Shown here one piece after another: positions 9,046 through 18,369 of a DNA stretch of 35,137 nt. The stretch's first letter is position 1. Each line of letters opens with the position of its first letter. Both the position numbers and the translations under genes were made by a program. Origin of the DNA: an uncultured archaeon. Lineage in GTDB: Archaea; Asgardarchaeota; Lokiarchaeia; Sigyniarchaeales; SOKP01. The notes under the pieces are model-generated. The model worked only from the letters and a program-made list of their open reading frames with translations, was not told where the DNA came from and made no database searches. Location: contig CAZOYD010000038.1 in the NCBI GenBank assembly GCA_964583985.1, forward strand, positions 1 through 35,137. Reading direction: 5' to 3'.

Positions 9046-9516
9046 CTAAACTTTATCAAACATTTTATAAAATTTGTCAATATAATAGCCTTTCTTTTTT
9101 GGGCCGCCGCATTCATCAATTAATTTAATTAATTCCCCCTTTTGAGAAACTCTTTCTTTTAAATAAACGAATAATTCTTCTGGTAGTTCATGTCTTGCAT
9201 TTAAATATTCCAAAATTTCTAAAGCTTCTTCAATAGTAGAACATCTGCGTAGAAAATCTAAAACACCGGGATTTGATAGATTCTCTTCATATTGTATTAC
9301 AACATCATAATCTTTACTTTTAGCTAATTCTGCGCCTTTTTCTTCTTTCTCAATAGATAAAATTTTCATCGTTTTTTTTTCTTCAATTATTTCAGACGTT
9401 AGATTGGGAAAAAATTCCTTCAATTCCGTCTTAGCATAGAAAATATTTAACTTATCATTCTCAGCGACTTGTAGTTCTATGAGTTTTTCCTTTTCTTCGG
9501 ATTCTTTTTGGACCAT
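9046..9516 (-). CDS. DUF2095-family archaeal protein
   Basis: FPNL..EI, NPGVLDFLRRCSTIEEALEILEYL and C-terminal GPKKKGYY are motifs typical of this conserved archaeal family. Confidence 0.75.
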   Translation of the reverse strand: MVQKESEEKEKLIELQVAENDKLNIFYAKTELKEFFPNLTSEIIEEKKTMKILSIEKEEKGAELAKSKDYDVVIQYEENLSNPGVLDFLRRCSTIEEALEILEYLNARHELPEELFVYLKERVSQKGELIKLIDECGGPKKKGYYIDKFYKMFDKV

Positions 9517-9691
9517 AAATAAAAAATCTGCAAATTTTATTCTTAATTAAATTAATTTAAGTTTATTTATAAATTAAATCTTGAAGAACTAAAATCTGGA
9601 ATCTTAAAGTGAAATAATTTATTCAAAAATGAAAAAATTAATTAATTTTACACAATTTCGATCTCTATAATATTATGGAAGTAACAATAAA

Positions 9692-10276
9692 ATGAAGTCT
9701 GGATATAGTTATGTAAAAGAAACCTTTGAGACCCATGAAACAGGATATCAAACACCTCATTGGGAAAGAGGAATCGAATATAGAAAAGGAAAGTCAATAC
9801 AACGCGTCGATAAACCTACAAAATTATATCGAGCACGAACTTTAGGATATAAGGCTAAACAAGGCTATATTATTGTAAGAGCACGCATCAGAAAAGGTGG
9901 TGCTCATAAAATACGTCCAAAACGCGGAAGAAAACCGCGAGCTATGGGAGTTACCAAATATACGCCTGGAAAGAACTTACAGTGGGTAGCCGAAGAACGA
10001 GTTCAAAGAAAATATCCTAATTTAGAAGTATTAAATAGTTATAAAATTTATGCTGATGGAAGGAGCTGGTACTATGAAGTAATCCTCGTAGACCCAAATC
10101 ATCCAGTAATAAAAAATGATCAAAAAATTAATTGGGTCTGTGAAGCGCCACATCATAAGAGAGTCACTAGGGGTTTAACTTCAGCTGGCAAAAGAGCCCG
10201 CGGTTTACGTAAGAAAGGATGGGGTTCAGAAAAAACAAGACCGAGTTTAGGAGCAAATCAAGGTCGTGGAAAATAA
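9692..10276 (+). CDS. rpl15e: 50S ribosomal protein L15e
   Basis: ARTLGYKAKQGYIIVRARIRKGG, VAEERVQRKYPNLEVLNSY, YEVILVDPNHP, RGLTSAGKRARGL. Confidence 0.98.
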   Translation: MKSGYSYVKETFETHETGYQTPHWERGIEYRKGKSIQRVDKPTKLYRARTLGYKAKQGYIIVRARIRKGGAHKIRPKRGRKPRAMGVTKYTPGKNLQWVAEERVQRKYPNLEVLNSYKIYADGRSWYYEVILVDPNHPVIKNDQKINWVCEAPHHKRVTRGLTSAGKRARGLRKKGWGSEKTRPSLGANQGRGK

Positions 10277-10319
10277 ATTTTAATTGACTTATTATCTCTT
10301 TATAAAATTTTGGATAAAT

Positions 10320-11126
10320 TTATAATTTATTTACACTAATCGTCATTCCACCATCGAGGATTATATTTTGTCCTGTAATATAATTCGCCGCTGGAGAAGC
10401 TAAAAACAAAGCGACATCTGCAACCCATTTTGGTTCACCAATATTATCAATAGGGATTTTTACACCTCTAGTTTTTAAAAAATCTCTGATAAGCTTTGGA
10501 TCATTATTATAAATGGGTGTTAGGAATACTCCTGGAGAAATAGCGTTAACTGTAATGTTGTTTGAGCCTAATTCAAGAGCCCATAATCTAGTAAATGCTA
10601 ATAAACCAGCTTTACTTACACTATAAATCCCTATTAGGGGATTAGCACCATTTTCTGTTCCTGCGCAAGAAGCAATATTGATTATTTTTCCAGATACTGG
10701 TGTAAAATGCTTTTGTCTCCTCATTTGTTTATAAAATGCTTTTGTAACATTCCAAGCACCTTTTAAATTAATCGCCATAATTTTATCATAATTCGCTTCT
10801 TTTGCTTTTAAAGTGGGATATAATCCACCATCAATTCCAGCATTATTAACTAATAAAAAAAGGTTGTCGATTTTCTCAAGTACACTCTTCGCCATTTCTA
10901 TAACTTGTCCAGAATCCGAAATATCGGCTTTTGCAATAAGGATCTCAACATCATAATCTTTAAGAACGATTTCACGCGTTTGTTCTAAACCTTCTTCATT
11001 AATATCATTTATAACTAGATCTGCTCCTTTACTAGCAAAAACTTTTGCCATCTCTCTTCCAAATCCACTTCCACCAGCTCCAGTAATGAGAGCTACTTTA
11101 CCATCTAAAAATTTATTTTCATCCAA
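10320..11126 (-). CDS. short-chain dehydrogenase/reductase (classical SDR)
   Basis: TGAGGSGFG, NNAG, catalytic S...YSVSK, VNAISPG, YITGQNIILDGG. Confidence 0.95.
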   Translation of the reverse strand: MDENKFLDGKVALITGAGGSGFGREMAKVFASKGADLVINDINEEGLEQTREIVLKDYDVEILIAKADISDSGQVIEMAKSVLEKIDNLFLLVNNAGIDGGLYPTLKAKEANYDKIMAINLKGAWNVTKAFYKQMRRQKHFTPVSGKIINIASCAGTENGANPLIGIYSVSKAGLLAFTRLWALELGSNNITVNAISPGVFLTPIYNNDPKLIRDFLKTRGVKIPIDNIGEPKWVADVALFLASPAANYITGQNIILDGGMTISVNKL

Positions 11127-11175
11127 ATTTTATTTCACTTCCATTTTATTTAGAAAATTACAAAAAAAATTATGG

Positions 11176-12918
11176 TTAATACCCAGCTCCAAATAAGCCT
11201 TTACTCGCTTTATATGTACCGAGGAACTTTCCTGCTGGTGGTGATTCAAAAGCTATTGAAATATCAAGAACACTTGGCTTTCCCGAATCGATTGCTCGTT
11301 GTAACGCGGGTTTTATGTCTTCAGGTTTTTCAATTTTTTCTCCATAACATCCAAATGCTTTTGCGATTTGGGAATAATCGATTGTAGGTAGGTCAACATC
11401 ACAATATCTTCGTTTCATAGCATTTTTTTGATAAGTCTTTAACATTCCCCATGCACAATTATTTGCAATGCAGATTATGATTGGTAAGTTTAACCTGACT
11501 GCTGTTTCAAGTTCTTGAACGTTAAACATGAACGATCCATCACCATTAATGCATACAACAAGTTTATCTTTTTTAGCAAGCTTTGCAGCAATAGCAAAAC
11601 TTGAACCGACACCTAAATGTCCCATTCCTATCGAAGAATAAGTGCTTCTTGGATTTCTGTGAAAGTTTGATATTAAACCATATGTAAATATCGCAATATC
11701 TCCTCCATCTACCGATATAAGTGCGTCAGGAGGAACAAAATCTAATATTTCAATAATCATTCGTTCGGGTTTCATTGGAATTTTATCAGATTCCAAAATT
11801 TTATCAATAATCGTTTTATCGATTTCACGTGCTTCTTGGAGATAATCATTCCACTGAGACCATATAGCGATCATATCTTTTGGCAGATTTATTTCCATAT
11901 CATTTAACAATTGGCTGATTACTGCTTTAATATCCCCAATAATCGCAATTTCAGAAGGTCTATTTTTCCCAATTTCATTAGGATCGATGTCTACTTGAAT
12001 GATTTTTTGATCTTGATTCCATAAAGGACCCATACCATATAATGTGGTATAATCCCAACGACAACCAAGTGAAAGAACTATATCTGCTTCAGAAGCAGCC
12101 CTTCGGAAGGTACTCGACAATGGATATGACCCTGCATATGTTTTCTCATCAATAGAAATAGCACCTAATCCATTAAGAGTTGTCAATGTAGGAATTTTGT
12201 ATGTTCTTGACAGTTTTTTTAATTCATTTGAAGCTTCAGAAGCAATTGTACCTCCTCCTGAAATAATGATGGGTTTTTTAGCTGTTTTTAAAAGCATAAC
12301 AGCTTCTTTTATTACTTCAAGATTCCCACTCGGTCGATAAATTGGTCGATATCTTTCAGGGGGGATAATCTTTTTAAAATCTTTATCAGTAGCCTCCCTA
12401 ACTAATGCAGTCTCTCTTAATTCGAGGAAAACTGGACCCCGCCTCCCAGATAAAGCTGCTTTGACACATCTTTGAACCGCAAAAGGTATCTCATAAGGAT
12501 CTTCTACTGAGATAGCTAATTTGGTGATAGGTCGCATTAATTCCATCTGGTTTAAACCACCCTGCAAAATTCCAGTATCATCAAACATTCTGGCGATTTG
12601 AGCCCCAATTGCTAATAACGGGATGGAATCTGCTTGTGCAACAGCAATAGCGGGAATAAGATGAGTTACACCCGGTCCAGCTGTACCGAGACATACTCCT
12701 ATTTCTCCAGTGGCCCGCGCCCATGCGTCTGCCATATGACCCCCCGCTTGTTCGTGACGTACCATCACTGTATCAATACCTTCTTCGCGACCAAATCTTT
12801 CAACAGCATCATAAATTCTAGTTAATTCTCCTCCAATGATTCCAAACATTTTAGTTATTCCTTCATTTAGAAGACATTTAACTAGTAAATCTCCACCATT
12901 CGATACTTGTTTAGACAT
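11176..12918 (-). CDS. thiamine-diphosphate-dependent enzyme (acetolactate synthase / 2-hydroxyacyl-CoA lyase superfamily)
   Basis: RHEQAGGHMADAWARATG..GPG; ThDP motif GDGSFMF...NNCAWGM; VDGGD and GHLGVG. Confidence 0.92.
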   Translation of the reverse strand: MSKQVSNGGDLLVKCLLNEGITKMFGIIGGELTRIYDAVERFGREEGIDTVMVRHEQAGGHMADAWARATGEIGVCLGTAGPGVTHLIPAIAVAQADSIPLLAIGAQIARMFDDTGILQGGLNQMELMRPITKLAISVEDPYEIPFAVQRCVKAALSGRRGPVFLELRETALVREATDKDFKKIIPPERYRPIYRPSGNLEVIKEAVMLLKTAKKPIIISGGGTIASEASNELKKLSRTYKIPTLTTLNGLGAISIDEKTYAGSYPLSSTFRRAASEADIVLSLGCRWDYTTLYGMGPLWNQDQKIIQVDIDPNEIGKNRPSEIAIIGDIKAVISQLLNDMEINLPKDMIAIWSQWNDYLQEAREIDKTIIDKILESDKIPMKPERMIIEILDFVPPDALISVDGGDIAIFTYGLISNFHRNPRSTYSSIGMGHLGVGSSFAIAAKLAKKDKLVVCINGDGSFMFNVQELETAVRLNLPIIICIANNCAWGMLKTYQKNAMKRRYCDVDLPTIDYSQIAKAFGCYGEKIEKPEDIKPALQRAIDSGKPSVLDISIAFESPPAGKFLGTYKASKGLFGAGY

Positions 12919-12986
12919 ATATACAACTTATTTAAATTAAAAATTAAAGTTTCTTAAAATCATATCTAAATTGAAAATGATATATT

Positions 12987-13430
12987 TTAAAAAGAAATCA
13001 ATTCGAGATAAAAACCTATTAATTTTTTGGTATCTAAATAAAAGAAATTGACTTTTCCAGCTTTTCCGGTTTGAATAATTTCTATATTATAATTAATTTT
13101 AAAATCATTTATGATCTCGTCAGCATTTTTACTGTATATTCCTAAATGATGCAAACCTTCATTTCCTTCTCTAATAAAATCTAAATATAAATGATCACCA
13201 CTAGATTCTACCACTTCTACTATTTCAAATTGCTTTCCTGCGAAGTTTTGCATTATTTTTTTCATTTTAAATACGACTTCTTTTCCTTTATAAACTACAG
13301 TAGAATTTTGTTCAACTATTTTTAATTTTGATTGAAAGTTTAGGAGACATCCAAAATACGGCATGGCTTTTTCAATATCATTTACAACAATTCCGATTTG
13401 ATCAAATTTTTCTATTTTTAATACACTCAA
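12987..13430 (-). CDS. VOC/glyoxalase-family protein (methylmalonyl-CoA epimerase-like)
   Basis: DQIGIVVNDIEKA, FEIVE, EGLHHLG and FYLDT..G..LELI pattern. Confidence 0.85.
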   Translation of the reverse strand: MSVLKIEKFDQIGIVVNDIEKAMPYFGCLLNFQSKLKIVEQNSTVVYKGKEVVFKMKKIMQNFAGKQFEIVEVVESSGDHLYLDFIREGNEGLHHLGIYSKNADEIINDFKINYNIEIIQTGKAGKVNFFYLDTKKLIGFYLELISF

Positions 13431-13446
13431 TAAAAAGGCTCCTCTT

Positions 13447-14754
13447 CTATTTTACCTTATCTGCGAAATCTAAACTACCTGTAGGATTTCTTAACGGAAA
13501 TTCTTTATTTAAAATCATTCTTTTTAAATCTTTTGCTAATAAAATTGCCCCATTCCTGTCAGATTGTCTAAGAACTACGGGTACATTTTCGCCCTCAAAT
13601 TTAATAGTTTTAAGATCTAATTTGAAAGCATCGGGGCATAACATTGAACATGCCCCGCAGTTAAAACATCGAGATCTATCAATTCCTATAATTACTCCTT
13701 TTTTCATTATGAATGCGTTAGTTGGACAAGTTTCTGCGATATGACATTCCTTACAAGTTTTACATGCTGAAGAATCAAAGATCATAAGATAATTTTTATC
13801 CCATACATCCCCATAAGTAATTTCCGCTACTTTCTCACGACCAACTAGACTTAAGATATTCAATTTTACGTCTTTATCAGAGTGAACTATATTATTTAAA
13901 ATTCTCTCATTTAGAATGGGAATTGGAACAGCAATGCTACATATTGGTTCAAGACCGTAAGATGTTCTGAATGCTCCCATATATTCTGGTTTCATAGAAT
14001 TGAACGGAGCAATTGTCATCATATTTGGTTTTTCGATATAATTACGTGTTCCAGGACCTATGAGGTATCCCATACTTCCATTTACTAATAAAGGGGATCC
14101 AACACCAAAGGATTCAAACTCAGGATCATTTTGAAATGGATTTAGTGCCCCACATCCGGAAAAAGTGATTTGTGATTTGTTTGGTTTAAATGGTAAGCTC
14201 GAAAAAATTGTATTGACTTCATAAGACTCACAATTGATCATGGCGTTATAATTTTTGATCGACTGTCTCGTACCCATTAATTTAGCAAACTGCATATCGT
14301 CTAATCGCATCACTTTTTCTATTGTCTCACCTTCACTACTCTTAGCGATCACTGTAAAATTTTTTCCTTCGACCAATTCTCTAAATAAAGATCCTCCACA
14401 ATAATTTGATATGGTCTGACTTTGACTAGTTCCATAAATTATTAAATCAACTATTCCTAAATATTCATTCGGACAAGGTCCTGGAAAAGCTGGAATTCCA
14501 TTTATGGATATTTCAGTAAATTTCCTTAAAGTTTTAGGAGGCGTGATTCTAAAAGATAATATGCCTAATATTCCACTCATTAAACCTTTCGTGGCCGTTG
14601 TTATTACATCAACGTCATCAAACCTTATTTCTTCACCATCTTCTATACGTTCAATAAATTCTTGAACTGTAATTATATTGCTCTTGCCAAGTTCAATTTT
14701 TTGTATAATTTCTGATAAAGATCGATTTTTCACTCCATTAACCACTACTTTCAT
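13447..14754 (-). CDS. DUF39-domain protein with C-terminal 2x[4Fe-4S] ferredoxin (methanogenesis marker 16-like; aspartate-semialdehyde sulfurtransferase family)
   Basis: DDVDVITTATKGLMSG, GPCPNEYLG, FSGCGALNPFQNDP, SIAVPIPIL; CKTCKEC..CP and CFNCGACSMLCP; LRQSDR. Confidence 0.8.
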   Translation of the reverse strand: MKVVVNGVKNRSLSEIIQKIELGKSNIITVQEFIERIEDGEEIRFDDVDVITTATKGLMSGILGILSFRITPPKTLRKFTEISINGIPAFPGPCPNEYLGIVDLIIYGTSQSQTISNYCGGSLFRELVEGKNFTVIAKSSEGETIEKVMRLDDMQFAKLMGTRQSIKNYNAMINCESYEVNTIFSSLPFKPNKSQITFSGCGALNPFQNDPEFESFGVGSPLLVNGSMGYLIGPGTRNYIEKPNMMTIAPFNSMKPEYMGAFRTSYGLEPICSIAVPIPILNERILNNIVHSDKDVKLNILSLVGREKVAEITYGDVWDKNYLMIFDSSACKTCKECHIAETCPTNAFIMKKGVIIGIDRSRCFNCGACSMLCPDAFKLDLKTIKFEGENVPVVLRQSDRNGAILLAKDLKRMILNKEFPLRNPTGSLDFADKVK

Positions 14755-14869
14755 TAATACCTATACTTTCTAAAATATTAAGTCATAATAAAATTTTTTT
14801 ATTAAAATATTAATTTCAAATCTTATAGAATTAAAAAGAATTTATTGAATTTTAAGAGGTCCTTCAAGA

Positions 14870-15592
14870 TTGTCTTACTTTGAATCAAGATTAAGATTAA
14901 ATGTGGAAAATTTTGAGGAAATTAAAAACAAATTCACAATTTGTGAAAAACTAGGAATTAAAAACGTAATTATAGAACCTATTGGAAAATTAAAAAATCT
15001 TGGAATTGATTTAAGAGAAAAATTAGAATCTTTGACGAAGATGCATCTCTTTTATCGGACGTGTTTTCGACCTAAAAATGTAGATGAATTAAAAAATAAG
15101 TTAAGTTCAAATAGGAAATTACCAACCATTTTTTCAATTGAAACTCCAAATAAAGAAGTTCAAATTCAAGCGGCTAAAGATTCCCGGGTTGATGTAATTT
15201 CATTTACAGATCCTATAACAATGAAAACATTGACTTCTGGAATAATTTCCTTATCAAAACAAAATAATTCCTTTATTGAAATCTCCCTAACATCAATGAT
15301 GGTAACTAATAAAGCTCAACAATCAAAAAATTTTAGAGAATTATATCGAATAGCTCACTCAGTTAGTTCATTAACGAATAATTTCATTATTAGTGGAAAT
15401 TTTGAAGATCCATATCATTTAAAACATCCAAGAGCTCTTATTAGTATTTGTCATACACTACTGGGACTCTCAATTATAGATGCAAAAAAAGCATTTAAGG
15501 AAAATGTTAAAAGATTAATTAAGAGAGTACAAGATCGATATGATACGAATTTTATAGAAAATGGAGTAAAATTCATTAAAGAAGGTGAGTGA
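14870..15592 (+). CDS. rnp3: ribonuclease P protein subunit Rpp30
   Basis: AAKDSRVDVIS, 'SKQNNSFIEISL', 'FIISGNFEDPYHLKHPRAL' (PHP-like barrel); adjacent to Pop5. Confidence 0.85.
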   Translation: MSYFESRLRLNVENFEEIKNKFTICEKLGIKNVIIEPIGKLKNLGIDLREKLESLTKMHLFYRTCFRPKNVDELKNKLSSNRKLPTIFSIETPNKEVQIQAAKDSRVDVISFTDPITMKTLTSGIISLSKQNNSFIEISLTSMMVTNKAQQSKNFRELYRIAHSVSSLTNNFIISGNFEDPYHLKHPRALISICHTLLGLSIIDAKKAFKENVKRLIKRVQDRYDTNFIENGVKFIKEGE

Positions 15593-15930
15593 ATATAGTG
15601 AGAAACGAACGTAATAGGTATATTCTTTTTAAGATAATTCATAATGGAATTCTTTCATTAGATCATTCAGATATATTAAAATCAATTTGGAAATCAATAT
15701 GGTATTTTTTTGGTATTAAGGAAGCGACTAAAATTGGATTATGGGTAATTGAAATAGATTTAGAAAAGGAGTTTGGAATAATTAGATGTGCTCACCAGAC
15801 CAAAGAGGTTCTAATTACTGCCTTATCTCTTATTACTGAAATAAATGGATTTAAAGTAATTTTATCCCCTGTTAAAACTTCGGGGACGATAAAATCAATG
15901 AAGAGAGAATCTTATCTGAAAAAACCTTAA
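15589..15930 (+). CDS. rnp2: ribonuclease P protein subunit Pop5/Rpp14
   Basis: RNERNRYILFKI, GIIRCAH, KTSGTIKS; 4-nt GTGA overlap with rnp3. Confidence 0.9.
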   Translation: MNIVRNERNRYILFKIIHNGILSLDHSDILKSIWKSIWYFFGIKEATKIGLWVIEIDLEKEFGIIRCAHQTKEVLITALSLITEINGFKVILSPVKTSGTIKSMKRESYLKKP

Positions 15931-15933
15931 ATA

Positions 15934-16371
15934 ATGGTGTTATCAATAAATAAAATGGCTGAAAAAAGATTAACCATTGGATATATTGAGAAAAATGATA
16001 AACGTCTAAGATTAAATATTACAAACAATCAATTTCTTCAAAAAGGTCAATTTTTACTCGTAATTCAAGCAAATAATAAAGATTTTAGTAGGATTATGAT
16101 TTATCCAATTAACGTAAACAAGATTATGAAAATTACCATATCAAGTTTAAAAGAAATTACAGAAGATCTTAAGTTATTCTCATCCATATTAAAAAAGTTT
16201 AACATAATTCATAACTCTGGTCTTACAATAAGAAGAGATCTCTTTATTATTGAGATATATCTTAACCTAAGATTTTCAGATTCAAAATATAAAGTTTTAA
16301 AAATTTCTTTAGATAAGATTAAAAATGAGTACATAGATATAGATATTGAAGAGATTAGCTTAAATAATTGA
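15934..16371 (+). CDS. hypothetical protein, possible C-terminal ACT-like fold
   Basis: Intact ORF 3 nt after rnp2; beta-alpha-beta-beta-alpha-beta hydrophobic pattern in the C-terminal half, judged by eye only. Confidence 0.55.
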   Translation: MVLSINKMAEKRLTIGYIEKNDKRLRLNITNNQFLQKGQFLLVIQANNKDFSRIMIYPINVNKIMKITISSLKEITEDLKLFSSILKKFNIIHNSGLTIRRDLFIIEIYLNLRFSDSKYKVLKISLDKIKNEYIDIDIEEISLNN

Positions 16372-16386
16372 GTATTACAGATAGAA

Positions 16387-16839
16387 ATGAATACATGGAA
16401 AATAACATTAGGATTAGAAAATGGGAAACATGAAGAGATTGAATTATATGATGCAAAAGTGTACTTTGATGGTTATTTAAAAATTAAAAGGAGTTACTTT
16501 AATCGTTTAATTAAAGCAATCAAAATCACCAAAAATTATGCAATGAAACACGCAATACAAGAAGTTTTAAGCCCTGATAAGGAAGATTGGGTTTTAAACC
16601 CTTGGCTATTGATGATTGTAAAAGATATTGAAAAAGAAATGCCATTTTGGTTTCTTATCAGAAGAGAAATAGATTTATCGGGATTATTAGTAGCGATTGG
16701 TCCTAAATCCTTTGCTGAGTTTAATAGTCAAAATTTTAGTGATGCTAAACGAGATATAAAAAGAATAATTAATTTCATAGTCTCGTACTTAAACAAGTTT
16801 AATTGTATAATATTCATTCCAAAATTCTTATCTTCATAA
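16387..16839 (+). CDS. hypothetical protein
   Basis: 150-aa ORF with normal composition, 15 nt after the previous gene; no motif recognised. Confidence 0.65.
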   Translation: MNTWKITLGLENGKHEEIELYDAKVYFDGYLKIKRSYFNRLIKAIKITKNYAMKHAIQEVLSPDKEDWVLNPWLLMIVKDIEKEMPFWFLIRREIDLSGLLVAIGPKSFAEFNSQNFSDAKRDIKRIINFIVSYLNKFNCIIFIPKFLSS

Positions 16840-17118
16840 AAAGATCATTTACTCAACCAAATGATACTTTTTATAACGCTTATCCAATATATAAAGGAAT
16901 TTTCAATATTTTTCAGTCTGTTGGACATCTAGGTTCCAGTAATCATCAGAATAAATTTCTAATGCTAATGCGTGGTCCATTTTCTAAATTGAATATTTTT
17001 TAAAATCAAGTAAGATAAGAATAATATTCAAAAATTTAAAATTGGACTATTTTTTATTTTATTTATCATTTCTTAAAATGTTTAACAGCATAATATTTAT
17101 AAAAGTGGATTTAAAAAC

Positions 17119-17928
17119 GTGAAACGTCCAGCCAATAAATTATTGATATTAACGATGATAATCCTGATTTCTTTAAGTTCAATCACATCAATTCAAAATG
17201 CTAAATGTTCAACAACATTAATACCAAAAATTGGAAATACACCTATCATCGATGGAGTTATTGATCTGCAAAATGATGAATGGGCTGATTCTAGCAAGTA
17301 TAGTCTCTTTTTGTATCATAATCTTTCAGCACCTGAAAATGGGCTACCTATTGATTTATGGACCTTGCAGGATCAGACCTCTCTTTTTATAGCAATTCAG
17401 TTTGAATTCGATCACCATGATTCGAGTGTATATGATGATGAATTTTTAGGCATTCTAATTTCTGATGATGAATTAGGTGATTATAGTGATGCAAAATTGA
17501 TTCAATTTTCAAATATGACTGCGCAAGAATTCCAATATTTAGATTATTACATCGACAATTCCGTGTTTATTCTAGATAATGAGTCTAATGGAGAAGGAGC
17601 AGCTGCTTTAGATGGCAACAAAATAACTTATGAATTTGGGATACCAGTTGAAATAAATGATAAGAGTGGTCAGGATGTATGGCTTCAACACCAATTTACA
17701 TATAATATTAGTATTGTTTATGGAAAAACAGCATCATATCCTGAAGGGATCTTGTTGGAGAACAATTTTTTAATTGAAATTCAATTTTCAAGATATATCC
17801 CGCCCACGCATTCAATTGAAAAGATCCTTTTTAATACGATCATCTTTGGGATTGTTGGAGCAATTTTTATTTATTATATTAATTCATTTAGAAATGTTAA
17901 AGATAAAGTCAAACGATTAAGGAGCTAA
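17119..17928 (+). CDS. secreted, C-terminally membrane-anchored protein with CBM9/DOMON-like domain
   Basis: Signal peptide (MKR...LLILTMIILISL); TPIIDGVID...EW motif; YEFGIP; acidic beta-rich body; C-terminal TM helix plus basic tail. Confidence 0.6.
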   Translation: MKRPANKLLILTMIILISLSSITSIQNAKCSTTLIPKIGNTPIIDGVIDLQNDEWADSSKYSLFLYHNLSAPENGLPIDLWTLQDQTSLFIAIQFEFDHHDSSVYDDEFLGILISDDELGDYSDAKLIQFSNMTAQEFQYLDYYIDNSVFILDNESNGEGAAALDGNKITYEFGIPVEINDKSGQDVWLQHQFTYNISIVYGKTASYPEGILLENNFLIEIQFSRYIPPTHSIEKILFNTIIFGIVGAIFIYYINSFRNVKDKVKRLRS

Positions 17929-17929
17929 A

Positions 17930-18334
17930 ATGTCAAAAATTAAAAAAGAGAATCAATTAAAGCAAAATAATATCACCGATGATAGCTTTGCATTCAAATC
18001 TGTTACTCGTTCCATAATACTCAGTGGAATTTTTTTCATTGCTTCAATATTTTTTAATGGAGAAATTATAGAGCCCTTTGATACAAGTATACTTCTTTGG
18101 AATATTATTGACTCAATTATAAAAGTTGTTTTTATCTTATTATTCTTCATTTTTATGATAATAAATGTGGGAAATTACAAAGAATTAACGGGTAAGCCTT
18201 TAAACTTCAAGGATATAATATTAATATCATTTCTATCAATAATTCAGGCTTACAGAAATCCTGTTGTCTTTACTTTTACACTTTTAGGTCTGCTAATTTT
18301 ATTAGTTTACTTGTATTTTTTACAAGATATTTAA
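17930..18334 (+). CDS. small integral membrane protein (about 4 TM)
   Basis: Hydrophobic segments; starts 1 nt after the upstream stop. Confidence 0.7.
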   Translation: MSKIKKENQLKQNNITDDSFAFKSVTRSIILSGIFFIASIFFNGEIIEPFDTSILLWNIIDSIIKVVFILLFFIFMIINVGNYKELTGKPLNFKDIILISFLSIIQAYRNPVVFTFTLLGLLILLVYLYFLQDI

Positions 18335-18369
18335 TCATCCAATTTTTATATAAAATTGTGTTCTATTAT

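Noticed and set aside
11176-12986. ilvB with an Ile/Leu/Val leader peptide
   Set aside because: The 68-nt upstream gap holds no such ORF, and the enzyme looks closer to the lyase branch than to anabolic AHAS.
16903-16905. In-frame TGA as selenocysteine
   Set aside because: No Cys/Sec-type motif context and no recognisable SECIS nearby.
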